Assembly (NCBI GenBank): GCA_965214095.1
Contig: OZ243938.1
Span: 2,560,001-2,624,000 of the forward strand
DNA from: Candidatus Poribacteria bacterium
GTDB taxonomy: Bacteria; Poribacteria; WGA-4E; WGA-3G
DNA length: 64,000 nucleotides
Direction: 5' to 3'
Part shown: piece after piece, positions 19,203 to 29,887 of the stretch
Layout of the letters: every line of letters starts with the position of its first letter
Numbering within the stretch: the stretch's first letter is position 1
Notes under the pieces: model-generated
What the model was told of the DNA's origin: nothing
The model's input: the letters and a program-made list of their open reading frames with translations, nothing else
Databases searched by the model: none
Made by a program: the position numbers and the translations under genes

Positions 19203-20810
19203 TTATTCAAGAAAACCACGCAGCCGGTGGCTTCGGATGGGATGGCGGAGTTTACGCAATGCCTTCGCCTCAATCTGACGGATACGTTCACGAGTCACAT
19301 CAAATACAATACCCACCTCTTCAAGTGTCTTCGGATATCCCGTTGTAATACAAAGTTCATCAATCCGCTTACGGGTAGATCCTGACAATAACGGAGGATC
19401 AGTGTCGTCTTCAATACCGAAACGCAGCACAATCACCTCACGTTCACGTTCCGATAAATCCGCAAGGGCTTCTTGGATACGTTCTTTCAGAATGCTCAAC
19501 TCGGCTTCAGTCGCAGGAGAAAGCACAGAAACATCCTCAATAAAATCACCCAATTGACTGTCATCATCGTCATCTCCAATAGGTGTTTCTAGCGAGACAG
19601 TCTCTGGCACAATTCGCAATACCTCTCTGACCTTTTCCGCAGGGATATCCATATCTGCCGCAATCTCTTCGGGAGTCGGTCTGCGTCCCAAATCTTGTAA
19701 AAGTGACCGTTCCACACGCTTCATTTTATTGATCCGCTCGTGCATGTGCACAGGAATACGGATAGTTCGACCTTGATCCGCTATCGCACGCGTGATGCTC
19801 TGCTTAATCCACCACGTCGCATAAGTACTGAACTTAAAACCTCGATGATAATCAAACTTGTCAACCGCACGCATCAACCCGATGTTACCCTCCTGAATCA
19901 GATCAAGAAATTCCATACCAGGGGCTTGATGTCTATATTTTTTCGCAATACTCACCACTAACCTGAGATTCGCCTCAACAATTGCCATTTTGGCATCTTG
20001 CGCATTCTCTTCACCGATGGTAATCTGCTTCGTCACGGACTGAAGGGCATCGCGCGAAATGCCGATTGTATTGAGATACTGCGCAATTTCTCGTTGATAC
20101 CGGATAATTGTGATGTATGCCTCTTTACCGGCTTTCGTCTTGAATTTGTGCTCCTTAGTATTTAGTCTGCCATTCAACCATTCTGAAGGGATTCTGTGTC
20201 GTTTCTGCAACCGAGAAATTTCCTGCTCACGATTACTAACGTTCTGCTCTACTTCAGTCACTTTACCTGAAATATTGCTTATCTCTTCGCGGTCAATTTT
20301 CAACTGATCAAGAAGTTTCATAAAAGTCGCATGACTACGGATAGAACACAATTCTGCAGGTGAACCGTTTTTGGAGGCATCCTTCGCAGCATCAAGGTAC
20401 TCTAATTCCATTTTCTCAATCGTACGCATCACACGTTCAACTTTATCGCGTAGTTTTCGTTCCTTATCCCGTGTTGAACTACTGGAAACTTCCATATCAA
20501 TAATATCTGATGCACGTTTCTTAGTAATGATAATTTTATACAGAAGTTTACGCACCTCCGCAACCGCAAAACGCGTGGTAAAAGTCGCTTCTTGTGCTTG
20601 ACGTAGACCTGTTTCAATCTGTTGAGATAATTCTATCTCTCTATTTTTATCTATTAACTGTATCCTACCCATTTCACGCAGATACTGTTTGATGAGATCC
20701 TCGCGTTCACTGATTTCACTCGGTTCAAATTCTATATCCTCATCAAACTCTGATTGCTCTGATACATCAGATTCATTAAAATCAAGTAGGTCTGTATTTC
20801 CATATTCCAC
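19203..20810 (-). CDS. rpoD: Primary RNA polymerase sigma factor RpoD
   Basis: Region 1.2 (YLREMG), non-conserved region, region 2 ([33 protein letters not shown]), region 3, region 4 ([18 protein letters not shown]). Confidence 0.97.
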   Translation of the reverse strand: MEYGNTDLLDFNESDVSEQSEFDEDIEFEPSEISEREDLIKQYLREMGRIQLIDKNREIELSQQIETGLRQAQEATFTTRFAVAEVRKLLYKIIITKKRASDIIDMEVSSSSTRDKERKLRDKVERVMRTIEKMELEYLDAAKDASKNGSPAELCSIRSHATFMKLLDQLKIDREEISNISGKVTEVEQNVSNREQEISRLQKRHRIPSEWLNGRLNTKEHKFKTKAGKEAYITIIRYQREIAQYLNTIGISRDALQSVTKQITIGEENAQDAKMAIVEANLRLVVSIAKKYRHQAPGMEFLDLIQEGNIGLMRAVDKFDYHRGFKFSTYATWWIKQSITRAIADQGRTIRIPVHMHERINKMKRVERSLLQDLGRRPTPEEIAADMDIPAEKVREVLRIVPETVSLETPIGDDDDDSQLGDFIEDVSVLSPATEAELSILKERIQEALADLSEREREVIVLRFGIEDDTDPPLLSGSTRKRIDELCITTGYPKTLEEVGIVFDVTRERIRQIEAKALRKLRHPIRSHRLRGFLE

Positions 20811-20963
20811 AAGTCCGATCTCCTTTCAGTTTTCTTATATGCTTTTAGAGGTTACCTTCCCTCGTGATGTAATCGTGAAATTTGTATTTGTTCGGAACGA
20901 TTCCTTTGACAATACCGCAGTTCATCAAATTCCTAAAGAGTTGTACAAAGTTCAACGTTCACG

Positions 20964-21506
20964 TTAAGTTCTATGATCTGCAATTGCACGAGAGACATCT
21001 TGTCGGATCCACCATTCTGCATAAGTCTTAAACTGGAAACCACGTTGATAATCATAATTATCAAGAGCACTCAGCAATCCAATGTTACCCGCCTGAATCA
21101 GATCAATAAATTCCATTTCAGGTGCTTGGTGTCTATATTTTTTCGCAATGTTCACGACTAACCTGAGATTCTCCTCAAGAATTGCCATTTTTACTTTTGC
21201 CTCTGCTATATCATCCGCTTCGTCAGTGTTAATCTGATTGGAAATACTTTTCAGTGCCTCACGGGTGAGACCAATCTTCTTGAGATATACTCCAATCTCA
21301 CTATGATAACGGCTTATCTCTTCGTATGCACTTTTTTCCACATCTGATTTGAAATGATGGTTGTCTACATTGAACTGCTCTGTAAACCATTCCGCAGGAA
21401 TATTATGCTGTTTTTGAATCTCGTCAATCATTTGTTCACACTCACTTATATGACGTTCAACTTCGCTTATCTGTTTAACTATAGGACGTATATTTTCTGA
21501 AGTCAC
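20964..21506 (-). CDS. Truncated RpoD paralog (NCR tail plus region 2 only, ~180 aa)
   Basis: GTG at 21506 after AAGGAG. Aligns to the adjacent RpoD through [17 protein letters not shown]...WWIRQDVSRAIAD, then stops. Confidence 0.8.
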   Translation of the reverse strand: MTSENIRPIVKQISEVERHISECEQMIDEIQKQHNIPAEWFTEQFNVDNHHFKSDVEKSAYEEISRYHSEIGVYLKKIGLTREALKSISNQINTDEADDIAEAKVKMAILEENLRLVVNIAKKYRHQAPEMEFIDLIQAGNIGLLSALDNYDYQRGFQFKTYAEWWIRQDVSRAIADHRT

Positions 21507-21528
21507 AATCAGTTCTCCTTTAGTTTTT

Positions 21529-23355
21529 CTATACGTTATCAGCGGTAACTGTATCATTGTCTGCTCGATCCGAACGTTCCCTTTTCACAACCGCACGTCT
21601 TTGATTTGATAACGCAACGAGTTCTTTGAGTGCCGATTCATAATCATCAGAATCCTGTGAGGTCGACCGCACACGTTGTTCAAGTTCCTGTATCATGAAC
21701 CATTTTAGTTTATTAAGATAACCTTCAGCTCTTTCCTTGTGATTAAAAAAATCCCGATTCTTAATTAGCGCGTTAGAAATGAAGGCTTTAACAAACTCAT
21801 CCTCACAAGTATTCAAGATATGTTGAATATCAACGGATTCACCATTCTCAGTCGCTTCCCATAGCAGTTGAACAATCTTCACAAAGTTTGCATTTGTTAT
21901 ATCATGGTAATCAAACTTTGCCTTTATGTGCGAGATAAGTTCTGGTGCTTGTATTAAAGTTTGAACGAATTGTAATTCTATTTGTTCGCGTGGAGACAAC
22001 TTTTTTAAAGGAGGCTTTCGGGTTGTTGCTTGACGGGGAGAAGGATTATCTTTCAAACCCATATCTCGCAATTCCTGCCACAGCAACCCCGCATCAATAT
22101 CAAGCTCCTTTACTGCATATTTTACATATTCTGTACGTTCAACCCGGTTTTTAATATTCACAAGAATCGTACAAATATCTTTGACAACTTGTGTTTTGAC
22201 TTCAGGACTACGGATGTTGTCCCGCTGAATCGCAGATTGAATTTGAAATTCAATCAGATTAATCGCTTTGTCAACCAATTCATTAAATACATCCGCTCCA
22301 TGTGCTTTCACAAACGAATCTGGATCATCGCCTGATGGCATCAACGCAATACGCACACGAATCTCTTCAGCAATCAACCTTGCCAACCCACGTTGCGCAG
22401 CTTGCAATCCAGATGCATCTCCATCAAAAACTATTACGACTTCAGGTGTATAACGTTTCAATAGAGAAGCGTGGTTTTCACTGAGCGATGTGCCTGAGGA
22501 GGCTATCACATTTTCAATCCCATGCTGATGTAACATCAACACATCCATATAACCTTCCACAAGCAGTGCCGACTGTTTTCTGGTGATAAATTGTTTCGCT
22601 TTGTCAAGATTGAAAAGAATATCACTTTTGTTGTACAGCACAGTCCCAGGTGAATTCAGATATTTCGGCTGATGTTCATTTGAGAGTGCTCTCCCGCCAA
22701 ATCCAACAGGAACTCCCCGCGTATTATTGATCGGAAACAGAATACGATTCCAAAAGCGATCTTGAGGACCTTTATCCTCATTTTTAATCAAACCCGCATC
22801 CACCAGTTGTTGAACATTCCATCCTTCGTGTGTGGCAGCCTTATATAGATCGCGCCGCTCCTGTTTGGCATATCCGAGTTGAAACAGATGGGTTGTCTGT
22901 GACACCACACCTCGGTTCTTCAGATATTCACGCGCATGCTGACTGTGTTGTCCAGTCCGTAGCAGTTCATGATAATACTTCACAGCAAACCTATTGAGCT
23001 CACTCAACTCACCGAAAAGTTTCTGACGCGCACTCACTTTCCCATCTTTTGTCGGCAACGAAATATTCGCACGTTCAGCAAGCCATTCTACCGCTTCAAA
23101 ATAGGTTTTTCCTTCATGTTTCTGTAAAAAATGGATAACATTGCCACCCACTTCGCAACCAAAACACTTGAATATTCGCATTTCCTGAGAAACAGAAAAA
23201 GACGGCGTTTTCTCTGGATGAAACGGACAGAGGCCTCGATAGTTTCTTCCTGCCTGTTCAAGCGGAACACCACACTCTCTAATGACTTCAACGATGTCAT
23301 TTTGAGTCCGTATTTCATCAATCGTTTCTGGTGGAAAGTAGTTTCTTGTTGCCAT
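21529..23355 (-). CDS. dnaG: DNA primase
   Basis: CPFHPEKTPSF...CFGC zinc finger, FGGR, KYLNSP, TOPRIM VEGYMD and FDGD. Likely start ATG at 23355. Confidence 0.97.
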   Translation of the reverse strand: MATRNYFPPETIDEIRTQNDIVEVIRECGVPLEQAGRNYRGLCPFHPEKTPSFSVSQEMRIFKCFGCEVGGNVIHFLQKHEGKTYFEAVEWLAERANISLPTKDGKVSARQKLFGELSELNRFAVKYYHELLRTGQHSQHAREYLKNRGVVSQTTHLFQLGYAKQERRDLYKAATHEGWNVQQLVDAGLIKNEDKGPQDRFWNRILFPINNTRGVPVGFGGRALSNEHQPKYLNSPGTVLYNKSDILFNLDKAKQFITRKQSALLVEGYMDVLMLHQHGIENVIASSGTSLSENHASLLKRYTPEVVIVFDGDASGLQAAQRGLARLIAEEIRVRIALMPSGDDPDSFVKAHGADVFNELVDKAINLIEFQIQSAIQRDNIRSPEVKTQVVKDICTILVNIKNRVERTEYVKYAVKELDIDAGLLWQELRDMGLKDNPSPRQATTRKPPLKKLSPREQIELQFVQTLIQAPELISHIKAKFDYHDITNANFVKIVQLLWEATENGESVDIQHILNTCEDEFVKAFISNALIKNRDFFNHKERAEGYLNKLKWFMIQELEQRVRSTSQDSDDYESALKELVALSNQRRAVVKRERSDRADNDTVTADNV

Positions 23356-23404
23356 AAGTATCACCTTAATGAGTAACGCAATAATTCCTGACAATACTAC
23401 AAAA

Positions 23405-25849
23405 CTATTCTCTAAATTTAACGACCGTCACGCCTTCTCCACCCTCATTCGGATGTGCGTATTGATAGTTCGCTACGAGTTGGTTTGCCTCCAGTGCCTT
23501 GTGAATCGCACTACGAAGGGTACCAGTGCCTTTCCCATGCAATATCCTCACGCTTAATAATCCCGCGAGGTAGGCATCGTCCAAATACTTATCCGCCATC
23601 GCCAAGCCTTCATTCACATACATCCCGTGTATACATAACTCTTCTTTCACCGTATTTGCTTTGTCAAGTTGAATGTCCAACACCGAGGAAGTGTGATGCT
23701 GCCCTTCTTTTCTCGGTAGCACCCTGTCAATATCTGTATAGGATAACTGCATCTGCATGCTACCAATCCTTATACGCAAAGGTCTGTCACCATCACCGAC
23801 TGAAATAACTTCTCCGAATTGGTTCAACGGTACTATATGAACCTTGTCACCAACGTTCACAGTGTCTATCGGTTTTTTCTCTTGTTTTTCGGGAGGATCG
23901 GGTTTGAATTGTTTTTTAGCAGTTTCTATTTTTGTGAAGGCTTCACGAATACTGGCTTTTGAGGCTTGTTCACGCCGTATATCTGCAACCACATCGCCCA
24001 CAGTCCTACGCGCTTCAGAAATGATATCCAACGCCTCTTTTTCCGCGTTCTCCATCCGTGTCTGTTGTTCTATCTGATATGTTTCAACCTGTTCTCTATG
24101 TTTCTCATATTCAGTTTCTGTCAGACGGATTTTCTCTTCAAGTTGTTCTTTTTTGCTATCTAATTCCTTTTGCGTCTGTTGTAATTGAAGGAGTAGATCT
24201 TCCACGGCTATATTATTCTGACCCATATTCTGTTCAGCATCAGCGAGGATTCGCGGAGGCAGCCCCAATTGTTCGGCAATTTTTATTGCATTGCTACTCC
24301 CCGGCACACCAATCTTCAACTTATATGTCGGCCGCAATGTGCTCGAATCAAACTCCATTGAGGCGTTTTCCATATTCTGCTGCGTATGCGTATACGCCTT
24401 CAACGCACCATAATGTGTCGTTACAATCGTACTGACATTCCATTCATTTAACCATGACAGAATTGACATTCCAAGTGCAGTACCTTCTGTCGGATCCGTG
24501 CCTGCACCAATTTCATCTAATAAAACCAAAGATTGTTCCGTGTCGGATGCTTCAATAGACCTCAGCATACCAGATATCTTTGTAATATGTGAGGAAAACG
24601 TGCTCAAATTCTGCGATATGTTCTGGTCATCGCCAATATCAGCAAAAATGTGATTGAATATCGGTAGCCTACTCCCGCGCACTGCCGGAATATGCAAACC
24701 AGATTGTGCCATCAAACATAATAAACCCACGGTCTTGAGGACAACGGTTTTGCCACCCGTATTCGGTCCTGTAATAACAAGCGTCTTGAAACCCTTGCCA
24801 ATATGCACATCTGTCGGAACAACCTGTGTCGGAAGTTTAGAACTTGAATCCGAAGCATTATCTGCATCGGCGGTTTTCTCGCTTCTAGATTGCAAATTAG
24901 CACGAGTTTGGATCTCAAGCAGAGGGTGACGGGCTTCAAAGAGGCGGAGAACCCCTTTTGTATCCAACTTCGGTTCAACCGCATTCAAATCAAAACTAAA
25001 TTGCACTTTCGCATTCAAAAAATCAAGTTCAGTAAGTAAATCAAGGGCAAGTTCTAAATCAACAAGTCTTTCACGGAGTTGATCTGTTAAATCCAATAAA
25101 ATCCTGCGGATTTCTCTCTGTTCAGATTCAACTGCCTCGTGAAGCGCATTGTTCATCTCTACGATAGACAAAGGTTCCATAAAATAGGTCGCACCACTCG
25201 TAGATTGTCCTTGAACAACTCCTTTGAAAAAGGATTTCGCATCCTGTCTGATAGGTATCACATATCGGTTGTTACGCGATGTAATCACAGATTCCTGAAT
25301 AGATTTTTGATAGTCAGGTGAATTGAGGATGGAATCTAACTTTTGATGAATTTTATTACGGATTTTTTGGAGTTGTTGACGGATAGAACGTAACTCAGCA
25401 CTTGCTCTGTCAAGAACAACGCCCTCCATGCTAATACAAGATTCAACCGCATCTATGACTTCATCAAAAACTGGCAGCGCATCTACGATTGACATCAACC
25501 GTGGTATTTTATTATAATCCTGATTCCTAAATTTCTTCTTAACATTAGAAGAAAGTCTCGCGACCTTTACAATCTTTATGAAATCTTCAGGATCTAAAAT
25601 CGACCCTATTTTAGACACATGCAATAACGTCTTGCTAATATCCGTCAATCCATCTAACGAAATCCCACCGGTGCGTTGATGAAAGTCCTTCAACTCAGAA
25701 CACAATTTCTGTTGGTATTGCACCGTATCATAAGAATCTGATGGAGAGAGATTGTCAACCCGCACACTCCCCAACTCAGAAGCAGTATATCTCTTTAAAT
25801 GATCTTTGAGTTTGTCATATTCTAAGGCTTTTTCTACGTTAGACAGCAT
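23405..25849 (-). CDS. mutS2: MutS2 endonuclease / ribosome-collision factor
   Basis: GPNTGGKT, LSTFSSH, LLDEIGAGTDP; C-terminal Smr domain (HGKGTG, GGEGVT). Confidence 0.95.
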   Translation of the reverse strand: MLSNVEKALEYDKLKDHLKRYTASELGSVRVDNLSPSDSYDTVQYQQKLCSELKDFHQRTGGISLDGLTDISKTLLHVSKIGSILDPEDFIKIVKVARLSSNVKKKFRNQDYNKIPRLMSIVDALPVFDEVIDAVESCISMEGVVLDRASAELRSIRQQLQKIRNKIHQKLDSILNSPDYQKSIQESVITSRNNRYVIPIRQDAKSFFKGVVQGQSTSGATYFMEPLSIVEMNNALHEAVESEQREIRRILLDLTDQLRERLVDLELALDLLTELDFLNAKVQFSFDLNAVEPKLDTKGVLRLFEARHPLLEIQTRANLQSRSEKTADADNASDSSSKLPTQVVPTDVHIGKGFKTLVITGPNTGGKTVVLKTVGLLCLMAQSGLHIPAVRGSRLPIFNHIFADIGDDQNISQNLSTFSSHITKISGMLRSIEASDTEQSLVLLDEIGAGTDPTEGTALGMSILSWLNEWNVSTIVTTHYGALKAYTHTQQNMENASMEFDSSTLRPTYKLKIGVPGSSNAIKIAEQLGLPPRILADAEQNMGQNNIAVEDLLLQLQQTQKELDSKKEQLEEKIRLTETEYEKHREQVETYQIEQQTRMENAEKEALDIISEARRTVGDVVADIRREQASKASIREAFTKIETAKKQFKPDPPEKQEKKPIDTVNVGDKVHIVPLNQFGEVISVGDGDRPLRIRIGSMQMQLSYTDIDRVLPRKEGQHHTSSVLDIQLDKANTVKEELCIHGMYVNEGLAMADKYLDDAYLAGLLSVRILHGKGTGTLRSAIHKALEANQLVANYQYAHPNEGGEGVTVVKFRE

Positions 25850-26030
25850 GGGTCTGACCTTCTCATCTAAAGATATATCAAATCAAAGTAAGAGTTCTGC
25901 CATAAGAATAAGCACAGTGGTATACAAGCCACTCACTACGACACAAAGAGAAATGTCAAATGCATTAGAGATGGGTGAAAGAAACAAGCAAATAATATCG
26001 GTCTAAGGAAATATTATCACTAAAAAATTG

Positions 26031-27062
26031 TTATCTCAAACTGCGTTTGACATCACCCCACGTCGTCGTTATTTTCTTTTTTGGTTCAACAGGTAGATTT
26101 CCCAGATTCCCACCTTCCTGTTTCCACCAAGAAATACCAAATATACCACCATCTATCTCAAAGAGTTTCTCTGTCTTACCAGCATCAAGATCGTGAAGAT
26201 AGAACACACCCCATAATGAGTAGATAATTGAACGTGAATTCGCTGACCAATCTGTCCACATACCCGCATTCTTATCTACATCATAGAGTGCTGTAAGTTC
26301 TCTTGTTTCAACATTGATTGAATACATTGTGTCAATTTCTCTGTCCCACCGCCGAAATAGAATACTACTGCCATCCGGTGTCCACACAGGATAATAATCT
26401 ATATTGAATTCGGTAAGCACTTCAATCTCAAGTGTTTCAGTATCTAACAGGAACAGTTGCTCTAACCCACCCGGTCTTTCAAGAGAAAACACCAAACGTT
26501 TGCTAAAAGGTCCCCAAGACATCCCATAAAAGAAAAAGGTTCTGCCGAAATGCGGTATTGCAGTTGCTACCTCCATTTGTCGGGAAGCAATATCCATCAC
26601 CCAAATCTGGTTCTCTTGTTGTTGCTGTTCTGAGGTATACCCATTAAAGGCGAGTTTCTTACCATTCGGTGAAATTGAAAGGAAACGATAGGTGCCACCA
26701 ATTTCAGTGAGTTGCGTCTTTTGACGCGGATTATTTATATCAATGGAAAAAATATGTGCCTCAGTCTTTACACGTTGAATAAAATACAGAATGTCATCAT
26801 CCGGACTCCAAACAGCATAATATCCCGGATGAATCAACGATCTCGATTTGTAATCGCCATCTGTGAATGTTGTCATCTGAAGGTTGTAATCAAATCTACC
26901 TTCCACTTCATTGAAACCCCTGACAGAATAAGCAATACGACCAGTTAGTTCTGGTAACGCATCTGCAGTAATCGGGGCAAAAAGAAATATAATAAGACCT
27001 AAACTAAATAGTCTAAAGAATTTGATAAAACCAAAATTGCATATTTGATGTCTATTACTCAT
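26031..27062 (-). CDS. Secreted TolB-like beta-propeller protein with C-terminal VEPxxKxxTTWGxVK tail
   Basis: Signal peptide; WSPDD, SPNGKKLAF and WTPDG repeats; ends LPVEPKKKITTTWGDVKRSLR. Confidence 0.85.
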   Translation of the reverse strand: MSNRHQICNFGFIKFFRLFSLGLIIFLFAPITADALPELTGRIAYSVRGFNEVEGRFDYNLQMTTFTDGDYKSRSLIHPGYYAVWSPDDDILYFIQRVKTEAHIFSIDINNPRQKTQLTEIGGTYRFLSISPNGKKLAFNGYTSEQQQQENQIWVMDIASRQMEVATAIPHFGRTFFFYGMSWGPFSKRLVFSLERPGGLEQLFLLDTETLEIEVLTEFNIDYYPVWTPDGSSILFRRWDREIDTMYSINVETRELTALYDVDKNAGMWTDWSANSRSIIYSLWGVFYLHDLDAGKTEKLFEIDGGIFGISWWKQEGGNLGNLPVEPKKKITTTWGDVKRSLR

Positions 27063-28209
27063 TTGATTCCTCTGTGTCAGTTATCGCAAGCCGGTCATAA
27101 TTGAGAACGGCTAACTCATAGAGTTCACGACTTAATCCTATTTTGTCAAAATCTACTACTACATCATAATCATTCAATGCTGAACTCTGAAGACCAGATT
27201 TATCGGACTTCCGGGCAGACAGAACATTACTGATAACTTCTGTCGAGACATCTTCATAACTTCGGATACGTTTGCGTTCTTCAGAAGATAACCCGCCTTC
27301 TATGTCCTTCTTCACTTTATATGCACGAATTGCATTCGTATATGCCATCAATGCTTCAAAATAAAGTTCTTCTGTTTCTGAATGTTCAGCCTTAGCTAAA
27401 TCTAAAGGTTCTTCAATCATTAGGATGACTGCTTTCGCATCCGTAATCAGTTCAATGCTTCTCTGTTCAATACCCTGATGAACTGTAGTCTTGAATTCGT
27501 CTATAATTGCTTGGTAAGTTGCCTTCGCTTCTGCTGGCGCGTTCAGTTTTTCATGACACAGTGCCTGATTATACATCGCGTTTGAAATAACATACTGACG
27601 AATCTCTGGGACAAGTTGTGGGGTATCTGGAAATGCTTTGGCATCATACGTCGTGATCGCCTTCCCATAATCCCCTTCCTGTTCATAGCAATTGCCTATC
27701 GCCTTATGAGCATACAACGCATATATCTGATTTTCGGGTTTGATCGTTTCAATGACCTCTTCAAACTGCATCCGTGCTTCCGAGTATTTCCCTTGATAAT
27801 ACAGACTCTTTGCGTAGTTAAAACGTGCCTTGTCAGCAAATGTCGTACTTCCATATTTGTCAAAAACTGACAGCAGGTTTTCCTCAGCATCTTCAAACGA
27901 AGTCTTCTCTTCACTCGGCTCTTCTTCCGTGTCTTCCTCAGTTTCTGTAGGTGAAGATACATCAAAATAATTTGTCTCAGCCTCTTTATAAATCTCCGAT
28001 GCCTTACTGAAGTTCACCGAAGCCTCAACATACTTATTTTCTTGATTTTGTGTGTAGGTCAGATATACTGCTACCCCGATAATCGCAATAGCCAATGTAA
28101 TAATGATTGTTCTCAGATTATCTTTCAAAAAAGCATAACTATGCAGAACCAAATTGATAAACTTATCTTCTTGAATTTCTTCTTTGGTTAAACGTTTATT
28201 TTGCGACAT
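27055..28209 (-). CDS. Membrane-anchored TPR protein (YfgM-like N-terminus)
   Basis: KRLTKEEIQEDKF, then a single TM helix and TPR helices. Confidence 0.8.
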   Translation of the reverse strand: MSQNKRLTKEEIQEDKFINLVLHSYAFLKDNLRTIIITLAIAIIGVAVYLTYTQNQENKYVEASVNFSKASEIYKEAETNYFDVSSPTETEEDTEEEPSEEKTSFEDAEENLLSVFDKYGSTTFADKARFNYAKSLYYQGKYSEARMQFEEVIETIKPENQIYALYAHKAIGNCYEQEGDYGKAITTYDAKAFPDTPQLVPEIRQYVISNAMYNQALCHEKLNAPAEAKATYQAIIDEFKTTVHQGIEQRSIELITDAKAVILMIEEPLDLAKAEHSETEELYFEALMAYTNAIRAYKVKKDIEGGLSSEERKRIRSYEDVSTEVISNVLSARKSDKSGLQSSALNDYDVVVDFDKIGLSRELYELAVLNYDRLAITDTEESNE

Positions 28210-28225
28210 GATTTCCTCTTTATTA

Positions 28226-28350
28226 TACCAATTCTAAATAAATACTTCTCATTATCAAAATAGGTGTTCGTAGTCGCGCAATTCATTGCGCCTCGGACAT
28301 TCACAAACCTCGTAAAACTCCTAATGCGACTTTATCTTTCAGAATTGGTA
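28226..28350. mobile_element. MITE family C (125 bp, TIR TACCAATTCT, GTAGTCGCGCAATTCATTGCGC core)
   Basis: TTA|TACCAATTCT...AGAATTGGTA|CTA. TIR related to family A, but the interior differs. Confidence 0.7.
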
Positions 28351-28365
28351 CTATAATTACAATCA

Positions 28366-28437
28366 AGCGGGTGACGGGAATTGAACCCGCGACCCTCAGC
28401 TTGGGAAGCTGACGCTCTACCGCTGAGCTACACCCGC
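28366..28437 (-). tRNA. tRNA-Gly(CCC)
   Basis: GCGGGTGTAGCTCAG...TCAGC-TT-CCC-AA-GCTGA...GGTTCAATTCC...CACCCGCT. Confidence 0.95.
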
Positions 28438-28449
28438 TCCCTATCTATT

Positions 28450-28478
28450 ATTATACCATATCCTATAGGGGTTGTCAA
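28450..28478 (-). promoter_or_regulatory. Consensus sigma70 promoter of tRNA-Gly
   Basis: TTGACA-17 bp-TATAAT with extended -10 TG on the minus strand. Confidence 0.8.
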
Positions 28479-28479
28479 G

Positions 28480-28513
28480 ATAAAGAAAGACGGGCAATCA
28501 ACCTGCCCGTCTT
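28480..28513 (-). terminator. Intrinsic terminator after the peroxiredoxin gene
   Basis: AAGACGGGCA/TGCCCGTCTT stem followed by a U-rich tract on the minus strand. Confidence 0.7.
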
Positions 28514-28535
28514 CGCAAAACTTCAATCTTAAAAC

Positions 28536-29000
28536 CTACAGTTTATCAAGTTCGTTTAGCACCTGTTCCGCAGTTAATGTATTGTCCGGTGGCGCATCTT
28601 CAACATGTTTGAAGGCAATTTTACCTGAGCCATCTACAATAAAAACACCACGGGTCGTGATACCCACCGCTTCAAGTGCCATTCCGTATTCCTTTGATAC
28701 CTCAAGATTCATGTCTGAGAGAAGCGGGAAATCGATCCCACCCAACGCCTCACTCCAAGCCTTATGAGCAAACGTTGAATCGCGATTAATCGCCACAACA
28801 TCCGCACCTTTAGCACGAATAGCATCTAAGTTATCATTAAAATCGGGAACCTGTTCTGAACACACAGGTGAAAAATCAAGTGGATAAAAAAGAATAACAA
28901 GCTTCTTACCTTCAAAATCACCCAAAGTAACTTCCGTATCTTCTTGATCTGTTGCTCCTGTCAAACTAAAATCCGGAGCAGCACTTCCTAATTCTGACAT
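28536..29000 (-). CDS. 1-Cys peroxiredoxin (AhpC/TSA, AhpE-like)
   Basis: APDFSL, FYPLDFSPVC, FPLLSD, RGVFIVD; GGAGG RBS. Confidence 0.92.
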   Translation of the reverse strand: MSELGSAAPDFSLTGATDQEDTEVTLGDFEGKKLVILFYPLDFSPVCSEQVPDFNDNLDAIRAKGADVVAINRDSTFAHKAWSEALGGIDFPLLSDMNLEVSKEYGMALEAVGITTRGVFIVDGSGKIAFKHVEDAPPDNTLTAEQVLNELDKL

Positions 29001-29104
29001 AAAATACCTCCTAATATTATCTCAAAAATATGTTAATAATTTCTTATAAAATGATACCACAAATTTGGTCTAAAACCAAATTAAAATTAGGACAGAAAAG
29101 CATG

Positions 29105-29410
29105 GTAGCAGGCACACTCCGTGTGCCGTCAAGAACAATAAATTCTGCGTTCTAATACCATTTCTAATTTATAGTCATAACCATAATTATTTACACACTA
29201 CGGTAGGTTCGGTTTCCTAACCGAACCGGTGTTTGTTCAGTCACATAGATGCGGTTAGGAAACCGCATCTACCGAGAATGTGCACATATTTTTGATTTCA
29301 CTACAAGAACATACTATTAACAAATAACCTGTTCACTGTGAATGTCTTATGCACATTCACCAAAAACCCGCTCGTAGTCGCGCAACTCACTGTGTCGCTT
29401 ACATTCCTGA
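29105..29410. repeat. Composite cluster of REP hairpins and MITE ends
   Basis: GTAGCAGGCACACTCCGTGTGCC at 29105; solo family-A end at 29156; family-B-like shell 29172-29303 holding an inverted REP pair (GTAGGTTCGGTTTCCTAACCGAACC / GATGCGGTTAGGAAACCGCATCTAC); degenerate GTAGTCGCGC REP near 29374. Confidence 0.7.
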
Positions 29411-29469
29411 ACATATTAGACGTTATCATATCCACCTATCTTTTGAATAGCACCTTGAAACTTCAAACT

Positions 29470-29531
29470 CTAATCCTGAAAATCTACTAATCCTGAAAAT
29501 CTACTAATCCTGAAAATCCTGGTTCAGACAA
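29470..29531. repeat. 17-bp tandem repeat (CTAATCCTGAAAATCTA x3) ending CCTGGTTCAGACAA
   Basis: Directly visible; related copy at 36021-36066. Confidence 0.8.
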
Positions 29532-29887
29532 ATTAAACGCCAAAAAGTCAGAATCAAAAACCGTACCGTAACACAAAAAAATGTACAATCCGGTACGTTT
29601 TCAAGGAAGAAAAAAATCAAGAACTTTACAAGAAAACCCTAACCCTTTGATAGGTGTATAATTAACTTGCATAATATTGTCGTTAATGTTAGACTATAAA
29701 TTGACGCACATGTATAGTTACTATACTTGAGTTATAGTCTAACCTTGTTTACACACCCTACATAGAAAAAAATTAGTTGATTAAAAAATAGTGTTTCGGT
29801 TATCATTAATTCTATTGGTTGAATAGTCATAAATAGTTCTAAAGTAACCTTTTACAAATGCAGAACAGCAAATAGGAGAATTTGGAA

